From assembly GCA_951406725.2 (NCBI GenBank), contig OX597830.1, positions 39,060,001-39,124,000 on the forward strand: DNA of 64,000 bases. Reading direction: 5' to 3'. Made by a program: the position numbers and the translations under genes. Numbering within the stretch: the first letter of the stretch is position 1; every line of letters begins with the position of its first letter. Shown here in pieces: positions 41,076 to 54,735 of this stretch. The notes under the pieces are model-generated. The model did no database searches. It was not told the DNA's origin and saw only the letters and a list, made by a program, of their open reading frames with translations. The DNA comes from Octopus vulgaris (Eukaryota).

Positions 41076-42439
41076 CATTCGTACCTAATCTGTGTGACAT
41101 TGCACTCTTCCGCTAGTTCAGCCGTTGAGACCGTATTTCTTCACCTACTTATTCAGGTTATTAGGGACTTTGCCCCTCTATCCACTAAAATTATTGGGAA
41201 ATGCTCTCCCCCAGAAGGACTTAGCCTGGGCAGTCTTGTTCCTTAATTAGAGGCTCAGGTCTTTCACTTAATATGACTAAGCACCAAAGCGTGCAAGAAC
41301 CAGTATTTGAGGAGTGACCATATATTATGCATCAATCAACGAAGGATACTATCTTTACATAGGCTTTGACCTTTATAAATATGTGTATGTATGTGCGTGT
41401 GTGTTTGTGTGTTATTCAGCTGAACAAAGAATACTCGTCGGGCAATCATGGAGAAGTATGTATTTAGATCTAATGGAGTTTCGATTTGCTTTCAAGTAAC
41501 ATGATTTAAATGTTGTGACTAATGGAATGATTTTGACTTAACACTCTGCAAACTTGAAATTTATTTTACATCTTAAAGATTTGTAATACTCATAATGTAA
41601 AAAATGGTATACGAAGCATAGAATATTATTGATTATCATGTTCTTATTTTCTTTTCTATAATCTCATATCCCTTATTTCCCATGCAATAGCAATTCCCAT
41701 ATGCTGTTGATAATTCTATAAACACATGAGATATTCCAAGATAATAAAAACTCGTTACCAAATATTATCATAAATTTCGATTCAATTTTTCCAGAAAGAA
41801 ATCAATTTTGTGAGAAAAAAAATCGATAAATTTCCTGAAATCAAAACAATAAAATTCAATAAACAAATGAAAAATTTTCGAATTAATGTTTAAAAATTCA
41901 TAAACAAAATAACAACAAAAAGAAAAGATAAGATTATTTTATAAAATTTCAACGTATTATTTCTTTCTTTTTTTTTTTTTTTTTTCATTTTCAGTGAAAT
42001 AATAACTTTACCCACAGTAGCTATTGAAATCTTTCAACAAAAAGTATAATTCATCGTCTTTTCTTCCCTTCATGAACCATTGACTTTATGGATAGTGTGA
42101 GATTAATTGGATTACGCTACTTAATTATAGTAATCCATCGCAAACTCACGCTGCTATAACTAAAATATTTCTTCAACTGATTACATCCTTCGATTTAACG
42201 GGATGTTGAATTTTTTCTGTATTTGTATTTTTTTTTCTGGATTAAATGACATTCAGTATAAGTTAATAAAGTGCCTGTGACAAGTTATAGAAATACAAAG
42301 CTTAAAATCCGAAAGTTTAAGATCGTTTTGAATGTAAACACAAAAATTATTCTACAATTTGCCTTATGTTAATTCTAAAATTAATATCCAGATACACACA
42401 TACATACATGCATGCATACATATACATATACATACATAC

Positions 42440-42513
<74 letters not shown>

Positions 42514-42698
42514 GCGCACACACAAACACATATAACCATACATATAGCATACAATACGTGTGAACAAGAAAACATACATAGCTACAGTGACTAAAACATC
42601 TTTTTTCCTGACAATATCATTCATATTATCTTAAAGTTAGATTTATTATCTTTTTTAATGTAAAAGTTCAAACTATTCTATAATTTGGATTATATATA

Positions 42699-42862
42699 GG
42701 CGCAGGTGTTGCTGTGTGATAAAACCTTGTTTCTCAACCACATGGTGTCGGGTTCAGTCCTACTGCATATCATCTCAGGTGAATGTCTTCTATTCGAGCG
42801 TGAGCGGACCGAAACATTGTGAACGGATTTCGTGAACGGAAACTGAAAGCGTCCCATCGTTA
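42699..42862 (+). mobile_element. Family 'C' CORE-SINE, 5' part
   Basis: GGCGCAGGTGTTGCTGTGTG...GGGTTCAGTCC... Confidence 0.8.
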
Positions 42863-42866
42863 TATA

Positions 42867-43290
42867 CAGGGTGCAATAGGTAAATTGTCGCCTCCCAAGT
42901 CTATCAGGCCAATCGCCAGGGACATGGGAGTGTCTGAGTTTCTTCTAAGGCAGGTAGTGCATGATGACATTCAGTATTCCTGATACACGATGAGAAAGGG
43001 CCAATTTTTATCCTAAGCCATTAAGGACACGAGGAAAGACTGCGCTGCGAAGTTTTTCAAAAACTCAAGCATCTCTTCCAACCGAACCTACCTTGGTTTT
43101 TCTCAGACGAGAAATATTTCTGCCGGGATCAGATGGTGAACGCACAGAACAAGCGTTGGGTTGCCGTGTCCCCAAAACATGTACCGAGAATGATAAAAAT
43201 CAAACATCCAGTCAAAATCATGGTGTTTTGAATGATCACTGGTAATGGCGACGTTTTGCCTCCATTCAACTTCCCACAAAAATCGTCACT
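42867..43290 (+). mobile_element. DD37D/maT-type transposon fragment (left end + N-terminal transposase)
   Basis: Starts TA|CAGGGTG. Translates to KSIRPIARDMGVSEF...WFFSDEKYF...NAQNKRW...KHPVKIMVF*MITGNGDVLPP. Confidence 0.8.
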
Positions 43291-43420
43291 TCAAATCGGA
43301 GAATATATATTATTATACAGTTACACACACACACGCACACATAAACACGCGCATACATATGCACCCCCACCCACCCACACACGCACAAACACACGCACGC
43401 ACACACGCACACACACACAC

Positions 43421-43451
<31 letters not shown>

Positions 43452-43657
43452 TACACACATATATTTCAGTAGTTTGTACCTCTGTAAACGTATGCATATA
43501 TGTAATTCCATGTGTCTATTTCTTAGGAACATTATTCTATAAAGGAATCCCTTCTGAATTCACAGTTCGTCATAAAAGACATTTCTGTAATCTAACAAAT
43601 GTGAGTTCGTATCTTTTGATCGGTTGTCATTTATATATATATATGTGCGTGTGTGTC

Positions 43658-43689
<32 letters not shown>

Positions 43690-44264
43690 ATTTTATGCAC
43701 AGATACAGACATGCAAATGTAATTATGTGTAAACATATTTCTGTGTATGTATATATGCATAAATGCATGTAGGTCGGTAGGGAGAAAGTTTAGTCGGTAA
43801 GTAGGCAAGTATGTTTGTGTGTATGTTTGTATGTTTGTATCTATGTATGTGTTTATGTTTCACCTTGTAAACAAAAGTGCATTGAATCGCTGATTGCAAA
43901 ACGCTGACAAACGATGATATAGTTGATATTGCGTTAAGAAACAAATCAGCACCTCTGTATGTTCTCGGTTTTACACCTGTGTAAAAAAAGAATCGATATG
44001 CTGCGTTTTCCTGTAAGCTAAGGTATGACTTCTCGCGAAAATAATTTTCCTCTTTAATCTTTTATATATAATCAAGATGGGCAAAGATTACAGGAAACAA
44101 GTTCGTCTCACCTGAACATTTTAGCAATATGTAAGAATTTCATTAATTAGCACACTAATTCTTTAGCAAATTGTCTATCTTTATTGAAACTTATTCTTTT
44201 GAGCTCCAGGAAATTAAGATCACAGTGCTTCTTTTCGTATGCGTTCTTGGGAGTGTCTTTTCTG

Positions 44265-44461
44265 CTATATACACCAAGCACGAAAGTTTGTTGGAGAGGG
44301 CTCATCAATTACATCCACCTCAATGCTCAACTGGTAGTTATTTAATCGAATCTGAAAGGATGAAAGGTAAAGCTGACCTCGGCGAAATTTGTACTCACAA
44401 TATAAAAAAGGACGAAATGTCATTAAGCATTTTGGCCGACGTGCTAACCGTTCTGCCACCT
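44265..44461 (-). mobile_element. Family 'M' SINE
   Basis: Central GAAAGGATGAAAGG...GACCTCGGCG and head GTGCTAACCGTTCTGCCA. Confidence 0.8.
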
Positions 44462-45602
44462 GAAAGGTGTTGATGGTATTATACGAATATTTATTGTTAT
44501 TGTTGCAATTTAACCTAGAGTAGTGTCACAAAATTATGAAAATATATTAAGAATTTACAGCTCTGACCATCAAATCTTTTGAGGTTTTGTATAAATACGA
44601 ATTCGTTTTACAGAGCTTAGAAAAACTGGAGTACTACTGCAATAAGTGTGTGTATCTGAGAGGGGAATATGTTGAATAAAATCATAATTAACTGATCTTC
44701 CAGTATATTCTTTTACCCAGTAGCAGGAACTTTTCAGCACGTTCTCTTAAATTATCGAACGGATCATTTTCAAAGACAGTCGGACGGTGTTCGTTAAGTG
44801 ATATTTGAAGCAGGAGTGTTGCACATATAGAGTATAGTTCACCGGGTAAAACATTAGAATACTTATTTCATGGTGTTTGTAGAATGCCTGTATCCACTAA
44901 CTCATGGACCTAAGACTCCCTGATCGTATAATGGGATCTAATTAACTTTTGAGTACGTGTGAATGACGATTTAATCAGCTCACTGCTTTACAGCTAGTTT
45001 ATATGATTTTTGTCCTTTTTTAAGCATGTCTAAATGAAGATTAGGTTCAAGTAATGTAGAGTGTACTAAAACATCAAATACAAAATTACCATCAAAGGTA
45101 TTTATTTCATATTATCTAACACATCAAATATAGGTTTTCTTCCTAATTGAATATTCTTGAAGGGGAATCTGCACACAAGATTTCTGATTGAATTAGTGCA
45201 ACTTTAATCAGTTCAATGGTTCCTTCAAGCAGAATAACACTGATTATATATCGGTCTTCACGTTTTATTGACTTTTATAAGCAACGAGGATTTACAATTA
45301 TTTTCTTCATATCATCATTATCATCATCATCATCATCAGCAGCAGCAGCAGCAGCAGTAGCAGTAGCATTATAATCATCATTATTTCGCACGCGCATGCA
45401 AATTACTTAGTTTATCGAGAATCTTGGTGACAATATATCTCCTCAAGTTTCAAGCGTCATTCCCAAGATTCTTGCAGAATATATGATGGTACGTTTCTCC
45501 AGGTCAACAATGCGAGTTTGAATTCCAATTCATTTTAGATCATCATGATTATCATGATCATCATTATCATCCTCCTCATCAACATCACCATTATCAGGAG
45601 GC

Positions 45603-46192
45603 GGTGTAATCCACTCACCCACTCCCACAAAATGCAGGCCTTGTGCCTATAGCAGAAAGGATTATCATTATGACTATTATTATTATTAAGGCGGCGAGCT
45701 GGCAGAAACGTTAGCGCGCCGGGCGAAATGCTTAGCTGAATTTCGTGTGCTATTACGTTTTGAGTTCAAGTTCCGCCGACGTTGACTTTGCCTTTCATCC
45801 TTTCGGGCTCGATAAATAAAGTACCAGTTACGCACTGGGGTCGATGTAATCGAGTTAATCACTTTGTCATTGTTTGTCCCTTTAACGTTTAGCCCGTTCA
45901 GGGCAATAAATAAATAAGAAAGGATTATTATTATGACTATTATTATTATTAAGGCGGCGAGCTGGTAGAGTCGTTAGCACGCCAGGCGAAATGCTTCGTG
46001 ATATTTCGTCCGTCTTTACGTTCTGAGTTCAAATTCCGCCGAGGTCGACTTTGCCTTTTATTCTTTCGGGGCCGATGAAATAAGTAGCGGTGAAACACTG
46101 GGATCGATCAAATAAGTACCACTGGTGTAATCTACAAGTCCCCTTTCCGTACATTTCAGGTCTTGTGCTTTTCATAGAAATGATTATTATTA
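45603..46192 (+). mobile_element. Tandem family 'M' SINEs (tail remnant + copies at 45690-45916 and 45953-46192)
   Basis: Two heads GGCGGCGAGCTGG, each preceded by the same 36-bp spacer (45654-89, 45917-52; 1 mismatch). Confidence 0.9.
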
Positions 46193-46779
46193 ACAGTTAT
46201 CTTTTTAAAGAGAATTAGAAATATTATTATTATTATTTTAGTTTCGTTCAGGTTCGGTGATATTCCAAGTAGGATTTATGTGGGTTGCGGTTTACTACCT
46301 CTAACCTTAGGTATCCACTAGTTTCCCTCCAAAGTACTTGAACCCTCCTTGCTATCCCTCAGAGACAAAGTTTCTGTAGGAGCTCTTGGGGAAATTCTAT
46401 TCCAGTATTTTTCAACCATCTGGTAAATGGTTTCATTATGAGGATTTCAAGCCTTTCCTCTAACCAAGAGGCCTTCGACGCAGCAGCCCCATAACATAAC
46501 GAGGCCCTAGCCGCCAGCGGGTTCAAGGACCGCATCTCCTATATGCCGGAACTCAACATCTGCAGAAGGAAACACCACAGAATTACAATTTGGTTTTTCC
46601 CCTTCTCCCTTAATACTATAACGCCTGTAGGTAGACTTTTCCTAAAATTAATAGACAAACACTTTAGTAACTCCCATAGGTATACCCTCATTCAGGCACA
46701 ACTTTAGTGTCTCGTTTAGCTGTGCCCCTAGCACTAAGAGTATCTTAGTTAGCGCCCCTAAGCAACGTGAAGAGATGGG

Positions 46780-48075
46780 TTGTTCATGCAGGATCCGCGA
46801 CATTTACCCAGTAGAAAGCCGCTGCGCAACCAAAGGCGTCGTCTTTCAAGCTGAGGTGCGGGCAAATCCAACCAATTCCACCGGCAGGAACCATAGCAAT
46901 CATAGCAACCGTAGACACGGGGGCAGAACCATCAACTGAGCCAGCAACACCGCCACTACCACCACCACCACTACCATTACCGCATCGAACCGCCTTACGA
47001 ACGTCAACAACACCAACACCGACAGTGCCGACTTCACCCCTGACTACACCACCACCATCATTAACATTGACCACAGTGACGTTGCCTCCAACGCCAGCCT
47101 TACAAATAGCAGGCACGACAGCCTACCTATTTCTTTATTACCCACAACGGGCTAAACACAGAGGAGACAAACAAGGATAGACATAGGTATTAAGTCGATT
47201 ACATCGACCACAGTGCGTAACTGGTACTTAATTTATCGATCCCGAAAGGATGAAAGGCAAAGTCGACCTCGGCGGAATTTGAACTCAGAATGTAAAGCCA
47301 GACGAAATACCGCTATGCCTTTCGCCCGGCGTGCTAACGTTTCTGCCAGCTCGCCTGCTCTCATAGCAGCAGTAACAGACCAAACTATATCGGCCGCAAT
47401 ACCAACAGCAGAAGCAGCAGCAGCGTCCCAAGTAGAGGCACCGGCATGGGCGAGAATAATGGTAGCCCTGTCAACGAGAACGATACGTCCACCACCGGGG
47501 AAGATGACAATAATAGCAATAATAACATTTATGGTAATACCTGCGGCTACTGTGATAACATCGATAGCGCCCCCTCCACATTCGGCAATAACATTACCAA
47601 CACCGCCACCACACCCACCTTCACCATCACAAGTGGACCCAGCAACATCCTTGACGACAGCACCATCAACAACTAGAGCAGCAACATATTCGTCGACCAT
47701 AACGGCAGCATCGTCGACACCACCAGCAACAATAACAGCAGCAGTAGCAGCAGCGTCATCAGCGGCAGCAGCAGCAGCAACAGCGCCTGCAGCAGCAACA
47801 GCAGCAGCAGCAACAGCGGCAGCAGCAGCAGCAACAGCGGCAGCAACATCAACCTCGGCAGTCTCAATAACACCAACACATACACCAGCGGCAACACATG
47901 CAGAGGCAGTAACACTACCAGTGGCACCACCACCAACATCCCCAGCTCTAGCACCATCATCGGCAGCACTAGCAGCAGCAACAACAGCAACAGCAATAAC
48001 AACAGCAGCAACAACAGCAACAGCAATAACAACAGCAGCAAGAACGGCAACAACAGCAGCAGTAATAGACACAAC
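46780..48075. repeat. Triplet-rich (GCA/ACA/CCA) low-complexity tract inside the Penelope relic
   Basis: Directly visible; it produces the 353-aa and 340-aa antiparallel ORFs. Confidence 0.85.
47128..47355 (-). mobile_element. Family 'M' SINE inserted in the Penelope relic
   Basis: Near-identical to 33140-33361. Confidence 0.92.
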
Positions 48076-48704
48076 ACCGACTCCATGCATCCAAAGAAAT
48101 ACATTGGATGCGCGGGAACTTCCTTTAAGAAACGTCTTTCCAACCATAGATACTCTTTCAGGGTCTCCGCTGGCTAGCCATACTTTGCAACGGAAAGAAA
48201 ATGGAATTCTATACTCGATATCATGGAAAATCCTCCACCGTCCGGGTCCGTACATAAATGGAACGAGACGCTAAATGCTATAAGTAGCCGAATGCATGAT
48301 ATTCGCGCGTACCAGAGATCATACTGAACTCCACAACGGAGATTTTCGGACATGCTTGCATTTCAGGTGATTCCTGTTAGCGTTTTGGGAACTGCATAAT
48401 TGCAATGTTACATATCGATAGCGATATTAGCTGGGGATTGATTGTTGATGAGAGTAGGGGATAACCACCTACCTTTTACACTCATAGCCGACAGGTGACG
48501 TGAATGAAGGGGGACGACACAGCTGAAGCCAATGACCTGTACCAAAGAGAGATAATCCCCATTGTTTATACCCGTATCGTTCCCCCTACTCCATTTTTTA
48601 AGAGGCCATAGGCCAACAGGTCTTAGGCTCTGAAGATATGCCATAAAGGTACCCTTTATGAGGGTAAACCCTGGGTAACCCTATAAACTGCCATTCACCA
48701 TTAA

Positions 48705-48764
<60 letters not shown>

Positions 48765-48799
48765 TATACATATATATGTATCATCGTGGTTGATGTTGT

Positions 48800-48838
<39 letters not shown>

Positions 48839-48937
48839 CACACCACACACTCACACACAGATACATGTGTGTGTATGTATGCATATTATCCAGATCTAAT
48901 AGAAGTACTGCACTTCGTTTGTAATAGGGTACAACTT

Positions 48938-49262
48938 TCTTTCTTTTTTCTTTTTCGCCCTTTTCAAGCCTAGCCAAGCTCATGGGCCCAGTTTCCCGGT
49001 TTCTGTGGCGTATGTGCCCCCTCCCCAGCTGGACGGGACACCAGTCCATCGCAGAGTTACTCAAGGAACAGGGGGAGAAAGTGAGAGAAAGTTGTGGTGA
49101 AAGAGTACAACAGGGCTAGCCCCCCCCCCCCCTGCCGGAGGCTCGTGGAGCTTTTAGCTGTTTTCGCTCAATAAACACACACAACGTCCGGTCTGGGAAT
49201 CGAAACGGCGATCCTCCGACCGCGAGTCCACTGACCTAACCACTGGGCCATTGCGCCTCCAC
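48938..49262 (-). mobile_element. Family 'R' head SINE with a V-domain-like body
   Basis: 12-bp TSD AGGGTACAACTT (48926-37, 49263-74). Reverse strand contains CTGCGATGGACTGGTGTCCCGTCCAG, resembling the V-SINE domain. Confidence 0.88.
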
Positions 49263-49497
49263 AGGGTACAACTTACTATGTCTATTATGTTTACAACTCA
49301 GTATGCAATAAAACAGCAAATAAAGAAATTTGAAATTTTCTCTTAATATTTCATATTCAATATGACACTAAAGGGTTTAGTGAAGAAAGAATCTACATAT
49401 AATCTGACTTGAACAGCAACGTCAGCATGTTTAATGTTTGTACGAATGGAGATCAAGTTTCAAGGCATATGATTTAGTGCTAGAAATTCTTTATATA

Positions 49498-49638
49498 TTA
49501 GGTTGTCCCAAAAGTTCGTAAACACTTGCGAAAATTGAATTTTTACTCGCCAAGTACTAACAAAAACAACAAAAATTATTCCTCAAAATAAAGACCATTA
49601 TTTTCCAAGACTTTCTACGAACTTTTGGGACAAACTTA
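49498..49638. mobile_element. Mariner-derived MITE (141 bp)
   Basis: TIR TTAGGTTGTCCCAAAAGTTCGTA / TACGAACTTTTGGGACAAACTTA with TA flanks. The reverse strand retains the transposase end VLENNGLYFEE*. Confidence 0.88.
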
Positions 49639-49648
49639 TATTTGCAAC

Positions 49649-50023
49649 GTGGAGGCGCAATAGTTAGAGCAGCGGACTTGCGTTCATAGTATCGCGGTTT
49701 CGATTCTCAGACAGGACGTTGTGAGTGTTTATTGAGCGAAGACACCTAAAGCACCACGAGGCTCCGGCATGGTGTGGTTGCGAACCCTGTTGTATTCTTT
49801 CACCACAGGTTTCTCTCACCCTTTTTTCCTGTTTCTGTTGTATCCGTATTTCAAAGGGTCAGCCTTGTTACACGCTGTGTCATGCTGAATCTCCCCTAGA
49901 ACTACATTAAGTGTACAAGTGTCTGTGGAGTGCTCAGCCACTTGCACGTTAATTTCACGAGCAAGCTGTTCCATTGATCGGATCAGCTGGAACCCTCCTC
50001 GTCGTAATCGACGGAGTGCCACG
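49649..50023 (+). mobile_element. Family 'R' SINE
   Basis: 11-bp TSD ATATTTGCAAC (49638-48, 50024-34); collinear with 32921-33531. Confidence 0.9.
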
Positions 50024-52518
50024 ATATTTGCAACAAGCTATGACCTTGAAATATCTTATCGCTCAGCGGTTAGGACATTCTTTAAATTGATAGTAGACAT
50101 TATAGCAATCAGTTTTAGATACAGAATGATTAACAACAGACCCACTAGGGGATTATTCTTCTTTCCCATCTGAAATTGGTTCGTATGGGCTCAGATATAA
50201 AATGAGATAAGTATCGTTGCGGAGACATGGTGGTGCGTTTGAAAGTGGCCAAATGCTTGAATGACGGCTGGAAGACAGCCAATATCGTCGTAACAACAGC
50301 GGTTGTCGTTATAGATTTACTGCACTTTTAATGATAACGGACTCTTCTTCCATACCTGACACCTCCCCCTCTCCAGAAAAACAAAAAGTATTGAACAATT
50401 GTATCATTTACTAATCTTTCATTCCTAAGAAAAGAAAACAACATACAATCTTCGAAGAAAATCTTAAAATGTTTACTAAACACTCATGAATTCGCTGATC
50501 AATATATTTTCTCGCACATATACAGGCATGCTACACATACAGAAAAATACATGATACACATGGCTAGACTATAGAACATTTACTAGACCCATTAGTTTAT
50601 TTACTAATGCAATTTCCGATGCTTAGCATAAAATCAATAAGTTTAAAATCTATTCTAAGTTTGAAATAAACATATACGAATAATTCATCATTATAAAATC
50701 CAGTGATTATCAAAGGAAAGGTAAAAGAAAAAAAATACTACACTTACCCTTCCTTATAATTCAATAACGTATCTGTCCGACTTTCATAGATTTTTATCTA
50801 ACGCAGGCGCCAATATTGTTTCCAACATTGTTTAGAAGAACAGAAGCACCTAATTTAAAGAAACGAGATTACGTTAGGATGATTGAAGAGATATGCTGTA
50901 AAGTATTTTAATGATTTCCATCAACAACCAATGGCATTTCACAAAAGAAATATGAGGAAAGTATTTTACAGAAGAAATATGAGCAAGGATTAACTAACAA
51001 AGAGAAAAATGCATAGAATGAAGTACGCTATGAAAATTGTCTACTAGATCTCTGAACGAAAAAAAATGGTGGAATGGTTTACCATAAATGTAAATCTAAA
51101 ATCAAATATAATAGAGAACATCTTAATATTGACGATTTGTGAATAAATTGATTGCCAAAGTAATTGGAAATATATATATATAAACAAGTATGCCAGCGTG
51201 GTGTTCAAAAATATAGGATAGACTCATTGATTGTCTACATAATTCAAAAATCGGAATTCTATATTTTAATCTATTTTTTAATAAATATATTATTAAAGTA
51301 TTCATATAAGCATAAATATTTTCAAACTATAACACGGCTAATGAAAACCAAAAATGTTCATAAATAATGGCCGCATTTTTTTTCCGAAAATTAAAAAAAA
51401 ACAGACAACGTCGGGAATTACATTAAAAAAAAGACATCAGCGAACAAAACTGTGCATATTTAAAGTAAGTGACGAACGAGGTAGACTTTACTCCCAACCA
51501 CATTGGTCGCAAAGACTAGTGTCAGGCCAATAGCGTTTGTTTTTGAGTATCGAGTGTACAGCCTCTCAGATTACAGGTGAAATGTGCAAGAGTAGAATAC
51601 TACTATTTACTGCAGTTTCCTTCTATACTGAAATACTCGAGAGTCCTCAATATTATACTTGAAAATTTCACGAAAGAGAATTTACTTCTGATTTAAGTGA
51701 TGGGATTTGGGCAGTTTCTAATATAGAAGGATATTATCTAACTTTTCTAATTATATGTTTGATCCCCCTCCCAGCACTTGGGTCACGGATTTAATTACAG
51801 ATCCTCTTATCGCAGTATAACCCTTTATCCGTCCTACGTTTCACAAATACTGGATTTTAATAGTCTTCGGTTATAATAGTCCAAACTCTTTATTCTGTAA
51901 ATCAATAACGAATACAGTTGCTGTTAGTCGTTTACAGCCTTTCTAAAATATCTTACTTCAGCTTTGCCTCCTCCTTCCTTATACAAGTTTCATCTCTATG
52001 CGGAATTTCGAGAGTGTATTCCACATTATATTTTACGAAGCCCTTTCCTCCTTTCGGGGTCGACAAATTAAGTATTAAAGAAGTTTCATCTCTATGTAAT
52101 CAAGAAAACTTACTCTAAACTTGCACTATTTCAATCAACAGACAACTAAAATAATTTTATCAAAAAGGATACCAATGCTATGCCTCACAATATCTCCAAT
52201 AATTTCCACTGGTGAACTCAAGTATATAATATAGTTATAACTACTTACCAAAATCTCTACACTGACTGGTTACACAATTCAAATATGACTTATAATAGCA
52301 TATTCATAGACATTTTAGACATTAATATCGCATTGCAACCACTCCCCCTTGCTCACTAGTGCCAAATGTTCAGCCTCTAATGGTGGCTGTAACACATTGC
52401 AAATAATCGAGCGTCACTGTGGTGTTTCGTTACCTTAACATTTTGCATGGCCCGCATAGCTTGCTAACATCTCTAAACTAGCGCATCGCAAAAAATTCCT
52501 TTAAGAAAGCCAATTTAA

Positions 52519-52751
52519 AAGGCGGTGAGCTGGTAGAATCGTTAACACTCCGGGCGAAATGTTTAGCGGCATTTCGTCTGCAACTACGTTCTGAGTTCAA
52601 ATTACGCCGACGTCGACTTTGGCTTTCATCCTTTCGGGGTCGATAAAGTAAGTACCAGTTACGCACTGGGGTAGATGTAATCGACTTAACTCATTTGTAT
52701 GTCCTTTGTATGTCCCCTCTATGTTTAGCCCTTTGTGGGCAATAAAGAAAT
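52519..52751 (+). mobile_element. Full-length family 'M' SINE
   Basis: TSD AAGAAAGC(C/T)AATTTAA at 52503-18 and 52752-67. Confidence 0.92.
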
Positions 52752-52904
52752 AAGAAAGCTAATTTAATGCAATCGTTTATCTTCTTTCATTGCATTAAAG
52801 ACTTCCCGCGTACTGTTACTCCCCAGAACTGAAAAACTGTCAGAATCTCAATATTGTTTATATTATGTTTTACATCAGCCACCCGAAACTGAAGCAGAAA
52901 TTCG

Positions 52905-53052
52905 ACGGTATATTCCACATTATATTTTACGAAGCCCTTTCATCCTTTCGGGGTCGTTAAATTAAGTACCAGAGAAATTCTGGAGTCGATGTAATCAACT
53001 AGTGTCCTCGCAAAAACTTCAGGCCTTGTGTCTATAATACAAAGGATTATAT
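52905..53052 (+). mobile_element. Family 'M' SINE 3' fragment, partly duplicated at 52017-52076
   Basis: TATTCCACATTATATTTTACGAAGCCCTTTC(A/C)TCCTTTCGGGGTCG occurs at both sites. Confidence 0.7.
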
Positions 53053-53451
53053 TCTACGAAGTGATAAAGAGCATTATTGAGACTCTGTTATCCCGGTTAT
53101 ATAATAATTGCTAAATTATACCTAAAACTTCACCCATTTCAAGAAGTGTAGTTCATCAAATTTGACCCTGTATTCCACTGGAACCTATTTTGTTGATTCC
53201 TCACCCGTAATTCGTATTTCATTTGCGAAACGCCAAGTGGACGCAAGATAATAGCTAACTGCAAAGTGAACTTTTACACTTTCGAATTCTAGATAGAAAG
53301 GGACGTCACAAAATACCACAAGTCATATAATCGTTCAGTTCTATATTTATTTTATGCCCACGGGCATATGGAGTAGTGGTTAAGAGCGCGGGCTACTAAC
53401 CCCAAGATTCCGAATTCGATTCCAAGCAGTGATCTGAACAATAACAATAAC

Positions 53452-54594
<1,143 letters not shown>

Positions 54595-54596
54595 TA

Positions 54597-54640
<44 letters not shown>

Positions 54641-54689
54641 TATCGGAAACTACCTTAGGAATGAGAACCAAGGTTCGAAATTTCCCCAA

Positions 54690-54735
54690 GACACCTGAAG
54701 AACGTTGGAGGGTATATCAGCCGAAACATTGGGTT
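54690..54735 (+). ncRNA. Minimal hammerhead ribozyme motif (copy C, mutated stems)
   Basis: GACAC-CTGAAGA-A-CGTTGGAGGGTATATCAGCC-GAAA-CATT-GGGTT. Confidence 0.55.

Larger units (their letters stand above)
46399..48400 (+). mobile_element. Penelope-like retroelement relic (Neptune-like RT C-terminus + GIY-YIG endonuclease)
   Basis: 46399-46750 gives RISSLSSNQEAF..EALAASGFKDRISY..RRKHHRITIWF.PFS..VGRLFLKLIDKHF..VSFSC. 48090-48400 gives KKYIGCAGTSFKKRLSNHRYSFR..LASH..ISWKIL..Y.NGTRR..LNSTTEIF. Confidence 0.85.

Noticed and set aside
45654-46192. CRISPR-like repeat-spacer pattern
   Set aside because: Eukaryotic context; only two repeats, and the 'spacers' are homologous SINE bodies.
46384-46396. 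13-bp match (TCTTGGGGAAATT) between the Penelope relic's 5' flank and the HHR-SINE tail
   Set aside because: Too short and does not extend, so it cannot identify this relic as the partner element.
47213-48274. 353-aa Ala/Thr-rich ORF and antiparallel 340-aa ORF (mucin/antifreeze-like)
   Set aside because: The start lies in an antisense SINE, the middle is triplet low-complexity sequence, and the end is a frameshifted GIY-YIG remnant. It is a composite of repeats, not a gene.
48625-48700. Hammerhead in the Penelope relic 3' region (CTGAAGA + hairpin ATAAAGG-TAC-CCTTTAT)
   Set aside because: No correctly placed GAAA or closing stem I could be assigned.
50035-50330. Possible Tc1 N-terminal relic on the minus strand
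   Set aside because: No TIR or diagnostic motif could be confirmed.
51365-51540. Promoter-like cluster (CCAAT/ATTGG boxes, YY1-like motif)
   Set aside because: Short motifs expected by chance; no linked transcript evidence.
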